Source: Histomonas meleagridis 2922-C6/04-290x
Taxonomy: Eukaryota; Protista; Parabasalia
NCBI GenBank assembly: GCA_020184695.1
Contig: JAANOX010000161.1
Span: forward strand, 1-64,000
Direction: 5' to 3'
DNA: 64,000 nt
Shown here: piece after piece, positions 1 through 10,973 of the stretch
Layout of the letters: the number at the start of each line of letters is the position of its first letter
Position numbering within the stretch: the first letter of the stretch is position 1
Program-made: the position numbers and the translations under genes
Notes under the pieces: model-generated
What the model saw: the letters and a program-made list of their open reading frames with translations, nothing else
Database searches by the model: none
Told to the model about the DNA's origin: nothing

Positions 1-1
1 A

Positions 2-3000
2 CAATGTGCACAACAACTTCAAACAATTTATTCAAAGCAAGAATTTAAAGACGATAAACTTCCAATTTGGATTCTTGTTTTAAGAATCATTTCTTCGCTT
101 AATTGTGTTGTTCCAGATATAAATCAAAATACAATGACCGGTGAAAAAATATATTATACTCTTCATAAATCAATTAATGAAACTATTAAACAAAAGTTGT
201 TAAGACATGAAAATATTGGAACAGATTGGTTAAATCTTTTATTAGAAACAGTTCCTCCTGAGTTTATTGAACAAAATACAAAATTATTACATAGTTTTCT
301 TAATTCTTTATCAAGAGATGAACTCAAATTTAAAAATACTATAGGTGAGTTAAAATATAAATGTATTGAAGATTTCATCAAAGAAACAGTAAATTTAACA
401 TTTAATTCTGGGTTTAATGACGTAATTAACGCAAAAACTGATGAAACAGAAAATAATGTTTTGAAATTTATTGTTAATCCAAGTAAATTTATTAATGATA
501 AAATTATTTTTGAAAGAAATAATCGAATTAATGAAATTAAAACCTCAGAAAGTTCTGTTGAATTCCGAGATTTCATTGAAAATATGAAAACAGAATTGGA
601 TAATCTCATTGAAGAATTTAATGAATCAGTTGTTAAAGATCAAGATCATAAAAAAGAAGAATACATTCAAAATAAAATAACAGAAGATAAAAATTTAAGG
701 GAACGAAAAATCAATGAATTATCAATGTATATAGGTAGATATAATGAATTAAAATCTCAAATAAAAACAAATCTTAATGAAAATCCTGATAAACCTGTAA
801 GCGACTATACAAAGTTAAAAGTTTCTGAATTAAATAAAACAAAACAAATTTTATACAATTATCAACTGGGAATCCTTGATATCTCACATCTTGAAGTTTG
901 TCAAATAATATATCGTAACAAAAATTCAAGAAATTCAAATTTAAAACATAAAAATATATATTTTTATAATATTAGGGATGATTTTGACATTACACAAGCT
1001 TTTCCAATTCCAAACGAAGATGAATACAAAAAAGATGTACCAAAAATTATATTTTGCAAAAATTTATCTTATGGAACATTCAAAGAAAAACTTAATTCTT
1101 TAAAAAACACTATTTACACAAAGATTAAGGAGTTCTTTGATGCCTTTAATAATTCAAATATTCAAAAAAAGACATTTGAAATTCTACAAGATTTAGTAAA
1201 GCAAGTAAAAAGTTTATCTTCTCAATTAGATGTTCAATTTACAGATAATTCAAAATGTAATGAAGTGCAAGATTCCATGAATAAATTAGATGCAATATTA
1301 AAACATTTGGAGAAGAATATCAGCGATTTTGATTCTTATGTTGAAAATACTATTAAAAAATATTGGGGTGAAATAGGATCTTCTTCATATAGAGAAGTAT
1401 TTTCATGTTCATATGAAATTCCATATCCTTCAAAAATCCCAGAAAGAAATCTTCCATCATTTGATAATATAATTGATTCTAATTTCTTTTCAACACCTAT
1501 TTTAAGTGTATCACCTGAAGGTGCTATTCAATGTTGTTATAAATCACTTTCTTGTCCAATTGGGCCTATAGTTCCATCATTATACAATGGATCTATTGCA
1601 ATTAATTTTATTTCGTTTATCGAACATCAATTTTCAATCGATATTGAGACAGAGAATGATGAATATTCTAAAATTTTCTCTGCACATCATGACATTAATC
1701 CAGGAGAAATTGTACAAATTTATGTTTCTTTCCCTCCTCTTTTGGATAACGATATTACTTTATTAGAAATTCCAACTAATATTCATTTTACGTCTAAATC
1801 ATATAAAGAGTTAATCCTTCCATGTACATTTAATTTTGAATTAGTTCCATTATCATTTCTTATTGAATGTGAAGAATATAATTTGTTATATAAAGATGGA
1901 AAATATCAATTATGTTATCAAGAAATTATATCAGGATCTAAAATCACACTTAAACTTAAAAATTATTATATAGAAGAAGACTTAAGATATATTCCGAGTA
2001 TTGAAAGTCTAGATGGCAATAAATCACAACAACCACAATTTGACACACATAAAGATCATTTATATCTAAATCTTCCTTTGGTTAACGAAATGACAAGACT
2101 TAATTGTAATGTTTATTTGCAATTTTCATCGAATTTCATTATTACTATACACATTGATACAATCTTAGTTCCGTTTGATTTTAGATTTGAAATATATGAT
2201 TTTCCCACAAAGTCATTTAAAAATAATATAAGTATACTTTATTCAAATGAAAAATTAATTTGGCGTGTTCCATTACATTGTAAAATTATCGGAATTCCTC
2301 ATATTGGAAAGCAAAAAGCCAATTTAATTAAGTCAAATCTTCCAAATATAGTAAAGATTTTGGAGAATACAGATGACATATATATACAAGAAATTTCTGA
2401 ATTCGTGTTAACACTTGAAATAGACTCAAGTATTTATCATCGTGATTATGGAAATTATTGTTATTCTTTAGTAATAAAATCACATAATATATCAAAAATG
2501 GTAACAATAAAGTTTGTTGATGCAAATTCTCTATATATAAACACATCATTTTTATATTCTGCATTGATTCTCGATTATTCAACTATGGAATGGGATAGAG
2601 TTGATATTACACCATTTAATAGAGAATTACTCAAATCAAATATGTCAATTACTCCATTTCATTTTGGTAATCCAAAATCTTCACAAGAAATAAAATATGA
2701 AGAATTTAATATTTCCCCTAAAAATATTAAAAAATTATATTATATTCATGGGTTTGAAACAGGAGAATTTCAAATAAGTGATTATTCTTGTATTTTTCAA
2801 AAAGATGGTCAATTTTCCCTTGCATTAATAGGATTTGATGAGAATTTTCAATGGTTCCCAGCATTTTCAAAATATCCAAATTTAGATGACATAAGTGAGT
2901 TAGAAATATCTAATGAAAATATTGAAATTGCTATAGAAAAAGTTTGTACTTTATTTGAAGGAAAAGACATGGAACACATTTCAAATAGAGATTATGTGAA

Positions 3001-6000
3001 ATTTATGTACATGTTAATTAATCAGAATGTGTTTTATAAAATCAAAGACTTTATAGAAAAATTACCTAAAGAACTTCAAGAGAAAACGATGGATTTAATA
3101 CCAAATGAAGATAAATATGGTGATCTAATTTCTGTATATATGTATAATACAATAATTAGGTTTTACAAATTATTCAAAGAAAGATATGAAATATTAAAGA
3201 ATCAAAGTTTCAAACTTTATCCATCACCAGAACCAAGTGAAATTAAGCAAAAAATGGATGAATTATATGAAGAATATATTCAATATGATGAACAAACAAC
3301 TCAAGAACAAATCAAAATCGAAATTAGTTCTATTTTTAGTGATCATCAACAGAAATACAACGAAATCAAAGCCAAAATTGCTCAACTTGATCCAGAAGAT
3401 ATAGGTTCAAAATGTTATTTGATTAATGAATTCAAACAACCAAAGAAAAAGAAACAATTTAATCCTCATAAGATTATTGCAAATACAAAGATCAAACAAG
3501 ATGCCACTGATTCAACAAATATTAATTTTAATTTGCCTTCATTTACAGAAGGTTTGAACTTTGAATCAATTTCTTCTTTGATTCAAATTTATTCTTTATG
3601 TATACAAGGTACAAGAGTTCTTCCAATATATATACGTAATTTAAAGATTTCTAATCAAGTATTAAAACCAGCCGCAGAATATTATACTAAATTACTTCAA
3701 ATATATCGAAAATTACCATATAATGATCATTCATTTTTATCTATTTATGTTAATACATTTTGCGAATCATTCAAAATACTTACAAGTAAGTTAAAGAAAG
3801 CAGGTGCTAACTTTTGTATCATGAATTTACCAAGTAATATGATGGTTAATTCACAGTCATCTCAAGATTTTATACAGATTCCAAACATTGGTTCAATTCC
3901 TCAAGCTAAAAATAAATGGTCAACAGATTCTGATGGAAATAATATGAAAAATATTAAATTTGGAATGTTTAATCAATCAGAAAATCAAAGACTTGTTAGT
4001 AATGAACAATATGATGAAGAAGATCAATTTTATAATTTACCAAACAAACAAAAAACAGAAAAAGAAATTTTAATTGAACATAAAAATATGTCAAAAAGTA
4101 ATGATTTAATTTATCAAAGAGTTCAATCAGAAATGGATTTAATAACTGTGAAATATAAAGAAAATGATATTGAACAAGAAAATGATAATGAAGAAGAGAA
4201 TAATGAGAATAATGGAGAAAATAATGATCGTAATAAAGAGAATGTTGTAACCGCTCGAGGTGGTACTGAAATGAAAGAAGTTACGAAAAAGAATTTTGAA
4301 GAAAATCTTTCTCAGATAACTGAAATTGATGGAATTCTAAGAGCAATTATACGTATGAAGCAAATGATGAGCAATCCAAAAGAAGATAATACAATTTTCT
4401 ATCAAGAAAGACATGAAATTCCAAATGATTTACTTCAACCAAACAAAAATGAATTTCCAATTCAAGAACTTATTCAACAAAGTTATTATCTTAGTGCACC
4501 ATTTATTCAAGCAGCAACTGATTCAACAGTTCCATATTCGAATATTTGTGTTTGTATTTTAGTTGATTGTAGTTCATTTATATCTGATGTAAACAAAATC
4601 TTTAATATGTTGATAATATGTTCATTAACAGCAGCACTTAATTCATTAGAAATTCCTTATTCAGTATTATTAATTGCAGATGAGAAATTTAAATGTGTTA
4701 TTAAATCATTTGAAGAAGAACATTCAATTGTTGCATTACAAAGAATTCTTGATTGCTTATTAATTAAAAGATATCGAACTAATTTAATTCATTCGATTAA
4801 ATTTGCTATTGATACAATTCCTGAATCAATTCTTAAAACAAGACCAAACGTTTCATTTTTCACATTTACTGATGGATTAGATGAAAATCTTCTTCGAACA
4901 AGTCTCTGGGCAAATCTTTTATCTAATCCTAATTATTCATTTGGATTTAGCTTTATTAAATCAAGTAAACTTGAAAAAGAAAACTTAGACTTTATTGAAG
5001 GTGTTTGGAATGATTTCGAAACCAAAACTAAAGAACTTGGTGCAAAATCATTAATAAAAGTTGTTTCAATTCAAGCAGAAATCAATAGTCAACTTACTAA
5101 ATCACTTATTGAAATGTTTATGAATGTAATGAAACGTGAACTTGATGATACACAAATTTCACAATATCAAGAAATTACACTTCCCCAGTTTGCTGAAAAG
5201 ATACCAGAAATAAATGATTTGGATAACTTTAAGAAATTAATGCATTATATAATACCATTAGAAAAAGGAGTTTATTCAGGAAGAACAGAAGTATTAAATT
5301 CATTATCAAGTAGGTTTAGTAAATTAAAGATGTCACATTATCGTAATCATTCAAATAGAATTAATGCATCTTCAAGAAAAATAGAGAAAAAAGAACTTGA
5401 TACTTTAATTCATTCATTTATTAAAACTGAAAGAAATCATCATTCTTCTTTAGAAACTATATTTAAACCAAATAAAGCTTCACAAACAGTTTTATCTTCA
5501 ACAGGTACAGATTTTGATATCACTGCATTAATATTAAATATATTAAATCCAGTACCAGATCCATTAATTTATTTAGTAGAAAAAGGAGGATTAATTCGTA
5601 ATTATGGAGTAACTATTGTTATTGATCCATCAATTTCATGTTTTAGTGAACTTAATGGTGCACATACACTTCAAACAATTCAAAGCCTTTTATCAGTATT
5701 TACAATTCTTGATTTACCAAGTTTTGATTTAATTATTGCAGGTTCGCCAACACCAAATATATTATGTTCTGGTGTAAATACATTTAATGCTTTGAATCCA
5801 AAATCACTAATTTGGGAATCATTATTTGCATTTTTACAAAACAATAAAAGAAATGTTGATTTAGCTTCATCTATTCATGCAGCTTATGATCTGAAACGAA
5901 TCAAATCAACGGATTATTCAAGTATATTATTTGTCATTACTGATGGTTTATATCAAGAAAATGAACAAAAACAAATTCTTGAACAAGTTAATTCATGTGT

Positions 6001-8104
6001 ACAATATGGTATTACTACAATTGGAATTGGTGTAGGTATTTGTCCAAAAGGAATCACGAATTTATTCCCACAAGTTGTATTTTCACCTAATCCTTCTTAT
6101 TTAATGAATGGTATTGCTTCTATTTTTGGTGAAGATTTAATAGAAAAACTTGAAAAAATATCTTTAGTTCAAAATAATGAACCAAATATTGAAACTATAT
6201 CTGATATAATCCAAAACTTAATTAAAAACAAGGACAATCCAATATTTTCTTCATTAAAAGAAGATTTACAAAATATCACACCTTCACTTGATGCATTTCG
6301 TGAATTCTATAACCCAGAACAAAATGTGAAAGATGCAAATAATGAATTTATTAATCCAGAAGGAGATAATACTGAAATATACGATAAAGATTCATTAAAA
6401 GGTCAAAAAATACTTATAGTAATGTTATGGTCAAATGAATTAAATCCTGAGAAAGAGTCCACAGAAGTTCATCCAGATTATATATTTAAATCAAGTGAAG
6501 AAGGTCATACAGAATGTATCAAAACAGCTGTAGATCACTTTGGCATTGAACTTAAAGTCGTTATAAATTATTATGATGCAATTGTCGAATTAACGAAGCA
6601 AACTAAACCTGGATATTGTGACTATTATGCTGTGTGGGTAATGTGCGGTCCTCCTTATGCACTATTACCTCCTCAAAACAATCCTCATGCAGATCCGAAT
6701 TTAGTTGGTCAATTTAATGAAGTATTAATTCAGTATTGGCAAAATGGAGGCTCAATTGTATTTTGGGCAGAAGGAGATCCACTTCATTATCAAGTTAATT
6801 TATTCCTTGAAACAGCAACTTTTCCAGAATTAGGAAATAAATGTTCTGAATTACGTATTGGTGGCGAACATGCAGGAAGTAAAATTTTACTTGGAGATGA
6901 AACAGGCGAATTAAAGAATCCACAAACTTTCAATAGAAAGAAACAAGACTTCAAGAAATTTAATCGAACTTCTTTATCACATAATCTTGGAAAAATTTTC
7001 GAAGGAATTACAATATCATATGCGCAAAATAAAATAGAGCCTTTCATTCCATTTTCACGTGATTCAGAAGGTGGAATTAGTTCAATGTTTTATCCAAGTG
7101 ATACTGTTCATGGCGATATTATAATCGATTGTGGTTACACAAAATGTTTTATGCAAATGCGAACAGATGGAACATTTCGATACGTACAAAATATTGCCGG
7201 ATGGACAGCACGACCTGAAGTGCATATGTGGATAGATAATTGTAATAAACCTAATGAATGGAGGCCAAAAGCTGTAAGTTATAACATACAATTGGGTGTT
7301 AAATGGAACAAATTCCAGCAAATGCCTAATATTATAAAGAAGAGATTATTCGCAATAGATACATCTGGATCTGTAAGTGGTAATGTTTTTTATTATTCAG
7401 AACTTCAAAAAATTATTAATAATAACTTCAGTCCTGGCGATAAGATTTATATATGGAATTCATCACAGCCTGAAGACAAAACAAATTCAATAAATTTAAT
7501 AATTTCAAGTAAATATGGTTCTGGAGGTACAGATTCTGACCTCATTGCGGACATTGCAAATATGGCAGGAAGCGAATATCACGATCACTTGATTATAGTT
7601 ACGGATGGTTACGTTGCTTCTGGAACTGTTCAAAAAGGCGATGAAAAAATGAGAAGATATAATATCAAGTTCAAAAAAGTTACAACTTATATTATAAACA
7701 ATTCTAGCAGTGGAGCTGATTTTTCTGTTGGCGCCGCATACAGTAGAGGCTGTCCAAACGAAACTTATTACATTACACCCGGAAGAACAGAAAAAATGAA
7801 TGTTTTGCTACAAGAAGACATCAACGCATTAAATGGAATGAGTTCAATTTCAACTTATTCGCAATTCATAAGTAAATACGATTCACTTGAAAGAGCAGTA
7901 CAAGCTAAAACAATCGGAACAAAAGGAGACAGTGGATTAAAGTATGATTTGAATGCAATGAAGCAAAGAATTAATCAAAATGGATTAAGTTCAAATGATA
8001 GAAATAACTTTGAAGCGAAATGGAATGTATTATACAAAATGGCTGATGGTGCAATTCAAAACACATTTAGCCTAAGTGATATAGCAGCTGCTAAGACATC
8101 TTGA
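2..8104 (+). CDS. Giant (>2700 aa, 5'-partial) multi-vWA protein: acidic linker, two midasin/CobT-like vWA domains, an alpha/beta domain and a third vWA domain
   Basis: Frame is open from position 2 (CAA TGT GCA...) into the ATG at 134, so the gene starts upstream of the window. vWA motifs: ILVDCSSF...FTFTDG, IVIDPSIS...VITDG, FAIDTSGS...GGTD...IVTDG. D/E/N-rich linker near nt 4150-4230. Confidence 0.8.
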   Translation, partial: QCAQQLQTIYSKQEFKDDKLPIWILVLRIISSLNCVVPDINQNTMTGEKIYYTLHKSINETIKQKLLRHENIGTDWLNLLLETVPPEFIEQNTKLLHSFLNSLSRDELKFKNTIGELKYKCIEDFIKETVNLTFNSGFNDVINAKTDETENNVLKFIVNPSKFINDKIIFERNNRINEIKTSESSVEFRDFIENMKTELDNLIEEFNESVVKDQDHKKEEYIQNKITEDKNLRERKINELSMYIGRYNELKSQIKTNLNENPDKPVSDYTKLKVSELNKTKQILYNYQLGILDISHLEVCQIIYRNKNSRNSNLKHKNIYFYNIRDDFDITQAFPIPNEDEYKKDVPKIIFCKNLSYGTFKEKLNSLKNTIYTKIKEFFDAFNNSNIQKKTFEILQDLVKQVKSLSSQLDVQFTDNSKCNEVQDSMNKLDAILKHLEKNISDFDSYVENTIKKYWGEIGSSSYREVFSCSYEIPYPSKIPERNLPSFDNIIDSNFFSTPILSVSPEGAIQCCYKSLSCPIGPIVPSLYNGSIAINFISFIEHQFSIDIETENDEYSKIFSAHHDINPGEIVQIYVSFPPLLDNDITLLEIPTNIHFTSKSYKELILPCTFNFELVPLSFLIECEEYNLLYKDGKYQLCYQEIISGSKITLKLKNYYIEEDLRYIPSIESLDGNKSQQPQFDTHKDHLYLNLPLVNEMTRLNCNVYLQFSSNFIITIHIDTILVPFDFRFEIYDFPTKSFKNNISILYSNEKLIWRVPLHCKIIGIPHIGKQKANLIKSNLPNIVKILENTDDIYIQEISEFVLTLEIDSSIYHRDYGNYCYSLVIKSHNISKMVTIKFVDANSLYINTSFLYSALILDYSTMEWDRVDITPFNRELLKSNMSITPFHFGNPKSSQEIKYEEFNISPKNIKKLYYIHGFETGEFQISDYSCIFQKDGQFSLALIGFDENFQWFPAFSKYPNLDDISELEISNENIEIAIEKVCTLFEGKDMEHISNRDYVKFMYMLINQNVFYKIKDFIEKLPKELQEKTMDLIPNEDKYGDLISVYMYNTIIRFYKLFKERYEILKNQSFKLYPSPEPSEIKQKMDELYEEYIQYDEQTTQEQIKIEISSIFSDHQQKYNEIKAKIAQLDPEDIGSKCYLINEFKQPKKKKQFNPHKIIANTKIKQDATDSTNINFNLPSFTEGLNFESISSLIQIYSLCIQGTRVLPIYIRNLKISNQVLKPAAEYYTKLLQIYRKLPYNDHSFLSIYVNTFCESFKILTSKLKKAGANFCIMNLPSNMMVNSQSSQDFIQIPNIGSIPQAKNKWSTDSDGNNMKNIKFGMFNQSENQRLVSNEQYDEEDQFYNLPNKQKTEKEILIEHKNMSKSNDLIYQRVQSEMDLITVKYKENDIEQENDNEEENNENNGENNDRNKENVVTARGGTEMKEVTKKNFEENLSQITEIDGILRAIIRMKQMMSNPKEDNTIFYQERHEIPNDLLQPNKNEFPIQELIQQSYYLSAPFIQAATDSTVPYSNICVCILVDCSSFISDVNKIFNMLIICSLTAALNSLEIPYSVLLIADEKFKCVIKSFEEEHSIVALQRILDCLLIKRYRTNLIHSIKFAIDTIPESILKTRPNVSFFTFTDGLDENLLRTSLWANLLSNPNYSFGFSFIKSSKLEKENLDFIEGVWNDFETKTKELGAKSLIKVVSIQAEINSQLTKSLIEMFMNVMKRELDDTQISQYQEITLPQFAEKIPEINDLDNFKKLMHYIIPLEKGVYSGRTEVLNSLSSRFSKLKMSHYRNHSNRINASSRKIEKKELDTLIHSFIKTERNHHSSLETIFKPNKASQTVLSSTGTDFDITALILNILNPVPDPLIYLVEKGGLIRNYGVTIVIDPSISCFSELNGAHTLQTIQSLLSVFTILDLPSFDLIIAGSPTPNILCSGVNTFNALNPKSLIWESLFAFLQNNKRNVDLASSIHAAYDLKRIKSTDYSSILFVITDGLYQENEQKQILEQVNSCVQYGITTIGIGVGICPKGITNLFPQVVFSPNPSYLMNGIASIFGEDLIEKLEKISLVQNNEPNIETISDIIQNLIKNKDNPIFSSLKEDLQNITPSLDAFREFYNPEQNVKDANNEFINPEGDNTEIYDKDSLKGQKILIVMLWSNELNPEKESTEVHPDYIFKSSEEGHTECIKTAVDHFGIELKVVINYYDAIVELTKQTKPGYCDYYAVWVMCGPPYALLPPQNNPHADPNLVGQFNEVLIQYWQNGGSIVFWAEGDPLHYQVNLFLETATFPELGNKCSELRIGGEHAGSKILLGDETGELKNPQTFNRKKQDFKKFNRTSLSHNLGKIFEGITISYAQNKIEPFIPFSRDSEGGISSMFYPSDTVHGDIIIDCGYTKCFMQMRTDGTFRYVQNIAGWTARPEVHMWIDNCNKPNEWRPKAVSYNIQLGVKWNKFQQMPNIIKKRLFAIDTSGSVSGNVFYYSELQKIINNNFSPGDKIYIWNSSQPEDKTNSINLIISSKYGSGGTDSDLIADIANMAGSEYHDHLIIVTDGYVASGTVQKGDEKMRRYNIKFKKVTTYIINNSSSGADFSVGAAYSRGCPNETYYITPGRTEKMNVLLQEDINALNGMSSISTYSQFISKYDSLERAVQAKTIGTKGDSGLKYDLNAMKQRINQNGLSSNDRNNFEAKWNVLYKMADGAIQNTFSLSDIAAAKTS

Positions 8105-8456
8105 TTATTAACTGAATCATCAATACTAAAAATCAATCTAATTACATTTAAATTCTTTTTCTTTTTTCAATTCAAAAAAATGAACACATAATCTTAATAT
8201 GATTCAAAATACAAAACATACGTATTTTTTAGATATAAATATCAAGTGATGCACAAAAATTTTTTAATTCAAATTCATTTTTTGTTTTATGACACATTGG
8301 GAAGATTAACCCAAAGATTTAATATATCTTTGTGAACGAAATACATTAGTTTTCAATTGGTCGCAAACATACAATCATTTTTCATATCACAATTCGCACA
8401 TTAAACACAAAAGTGCTACATAATCAAGATCTTGATTTAACTATCTTTGTTTGATC

Positions 8457-9056
8457 ATGGAGTGGATGTCCAAGGAATATCCCGTGAGAGTGGCACCTAT
8501 TTTCAATGATCCAAATTACATTTTAGACTTTTTTGAGCAGGAAGGATTTTATACTTTTTCAAGATTTTCTGTTTTTGATGATTGCATGTTCATATATTTT
8601 CCAGAAATTCAAGAAGCTGAAGCATTTGTTCATTACTTCAACCAGCTCAAAATTGCTGGAGTTACTTTACAAGTTACGTTTGAGAGGCCTGAACATGTTG
8701 ATATTCCATCTTATTCTGATCGAAAAAGAGGCGAGACAATCATATCAAGAACTTTAGCAATAAGAGGGTATCCACCTCAACTTCTCACAGATCGAAATTT
8801 ATATAATGACTTTTGGAAATATGGTTATTTAAAACAGATTGAAATCAAAAAAAGTGTTGGATATCTCCAGTATGATACGGAAAGCGATGCAGCCAATGCC
8901 ATTCATGAAAAAAATGGAACATTTGTTAATGGAGAAAAAATATTTGTTGAATGTATTCCTGACAAAGCACTTAATGTTCCTAACATTCTCGTACCCCTTG
9001 TTATTGCAGAAAACACTCGTATCCAAAAAGACAGAGAGAATTTACCTCACGATTAG
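8457..9056 (+). CDS. Two-RRM RNA-binding protein
   Basis: RNP1-like CMFIYF and VGYLQY plus RNP2-like TLAIRG. First ATG at 8457. Confidence 0.8.
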   Translation: MEWMSKEYPVRVAPIFNDPNYILDFFEQEGFYTFSRFSVFDDCMFIYFPEIQEAEAFVHYFNQLKIAGVTLQVTFERPEHVDIPSYSDRKRGETIISRTLAIRGYPPQLLTDRNLYNDFWKYGYLKQIEIKKSVGYLQYDTESDAANAIHEKNGTFVNGEKIFVECIPDKALNVPNILVPLVIAENTRIQKDRENLPHD

Positions 9057-9361
9057 TACCACACGATCAAAATCAATTCAAATATTTCACATTCAATTAA
9101 TTTTGATCGTGCCAAACTTTTTCTTATTTGGGTGGATCTTTTATATTTAAAATGTGTTTAAATGTTTGAATGAATAACAAACTTTTTTTTACATAGTGAT
9201 TAATTAACAGATCACTTATTTTATTTTATGTTTTTAAAATGAAACTTTCAAAATTGAGCGCATAGAATGATTAAAGTTTCTTCATTCAATAAGATAATAA
9301 ACTTTTCTTCCGAATAAAACCTAAACATTTCATAATTAATTTTCATACTTTTTGAGGGTAT

Positions 9362-9367
9362 TCATTT
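9362..9367 (+). promoter_or_regulatory. Trichomonad initiator (Inr)-like element TCATTT
   Basis: Abuts the GMP synthase ATG and matches the TCA(Y)T(W) Inr. A similar TCACTT lies at 37418-37423. Confidence 0.5.
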
Positions 9368-10930
9368 ATGCAAGAAGAAAAGATATTAATTATTGATTTT
9401 GGAGGACAATTTAGTCAGATTATTGCCAAGCGCATTAGGGAATATAAAGTTTATTGTGAGTTAATAAATAGTGAGTCGGTCACAATTGAAAAGATTAAAA
9501 CGATTCATCCGATTGGTATCATATTTTCTGGAGGCCCTAATAGTGTTTATGAAGAAAATTCTCCAAAAATCCCTAAAGAAATTTTTTCACTTAAAATCCC
9601 TATTTTCGGAATATGCTATGGGTGTCAATTAATAGCTTTTACACTTGGAGGTAAAGTCGAAAAATGTACTAAATCTGAGTTTGGAGAAGTCGAAATTCGT
9701 TTTGTTGAAACACAAGTAACAAAAGGATTCTCAAACCATTCATTTACTTATTGGATGAGTCATACAGATTCAGTCGTTGAGATACCAAAAGGATTTACAA
9801 CATTTGGATTCACACAAAACTGTCAAAACGCAGCATTTTGTGATGAAGAAAACAAAATATATGGTGTACAATTTCATCCCGAAGTTCAAGAAATGATCGA
9901 CACCACACGAATCCAAAATCACTTAAATATTCTTTACAACTTTTTATATGAAGTTGTTAAAGCAAATGGTAAATGGAACATTAAAAATTTTGTATCTACT
10001 AAAATATTAGAGCTTCAACGAATCATTGGAAATCGTCGCGTTTTATGTGGCGTTTCTGGCGGCGTTGATTCTATTGTTGCTGCAACTCTTATTCATCGAG
10101 CGATTGGAAACCAACTTACATGTATTTTCATCGATCATGGATTTTTACGTAAAAATGAAGCAGATGAAGTCATTAAAGAATTTCAAGAAAATGTCGGACT
10201 TCAACTCATTAAATTTGATGATGAGAAAATATTTATCGAAAAATTAAAAGGTATTTCTGATCCAGAAGAAAAGCGAAAAGTTATAGGCGAACAATTTGTT
10301 CGTTCATTTGAAAGACATTCACTTGAACTTGGAAAGTTTACTATTCTTGCGCAAGGTACAATTTATCCTGATGTTATTGAAAGCGGGAAATGTAAAAACA
10401 AAAGTTCTGTTATTAAAAGTCATCATAATGTTGGTGGACTTCCTAATAATTTCGATTTCGAAGAAATCATTGAACCACTTCGAGAATTGTTTAAAGACGA
10501 AGTTAGAAAAGTTGGATTTGAACTTGCCCTTCCAGAAAAAATTGTCCTTCGACAACCTTTTCCTGGACCAGGGCTTGCGATACGAATAATTGGAGAAGTT
10601 ACCGAAGAGAAACTTAAGATATTAAGGAATAGTGAACATATTCTTAAAGAAGAAATCGAGAAGTCTGGATTAAACAAATCTATATGGCAATATTTTACGG
10701 TCTTAACAAATTGTAAAACAGTTGGATCGCAAGGAGATTATCGAACTTATGAAAACGTTATAGCAATTAGAGCTGTGCATTCGATCGATTCCATGACAGC
10801 AAAAATAGCGAGAATTCCTTATGATGTGTTGGAAACAATTTCAAGTAGAATTGTGAATGAAGTTCCTCATACGAATCGAGTAGTATATGATATAACTTCA
10901 AAACCACCAGCAACAATAGAATGGGAATAA
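9368..10930 (+). CDS. guaA: GMP synthase (glutamine-hydrolysing), compact bacterial type
   Basis: GATase triad GICYG / QFHPE, PP-loop SGGVDS, IKSHHNVGG, C-terminal RVVYDITSKPPATIEWE. Confidence 0.97.
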   Translation: MQEEKILIIDFGGQFSQIIAKRIREYKVYCELINSESVTIEKIKTIHPIGIIFSGGPNSVYEENSPKIPKEIFSLKIPIFGICYGCQLIAFTLGGKVEKCTKSEFGEVEIRFVETQVTKGFSNHSFTYWMSHTDSVVEIPKGFTTFGFTQNCQNAAFCDEENKIYGVQFHPEVQEMIDTTRIQNHLNILYNFLYEVVKANGKWNIKNFVSTKILELQRIIGNRRVLCGVSGGVDSIVAATLIHRAIGNQLTCIFIDHGFLRKNEADEVIKEFQENVGLQLIKFDDEKIFIEKLKGISDPEEKRKVIGEQFVRSFERHSLELGKFTILAQGTIYPDVIESGKCKNKSSVIKSHHNVGGLPNNFDFEEIIEPLRELFKDEVRKVGFELALPEKIVLRQPFPGPGLAIRIIGEVTEEKLKILRNSEHILKEEIEKSGLNKSIWQYFTVLTNCKTVGSQGDYRTYENVIAIRAVHSIDSMTAKIARIPYDVLETISSRIVNEVPHTNRVVYDITSKPPATIEWE

Positions 10931-10973
10931 AAATTTATCTAAAATTTTTTTTATTTATTATAATAATATTAAA

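Noticed and set aside
9368-10930. Bacterial contamination at guaA
   Set aside because: AT-rich codon usage like its neighbours, Inr-like element, no operon, contiguous with eukaryotic genes.
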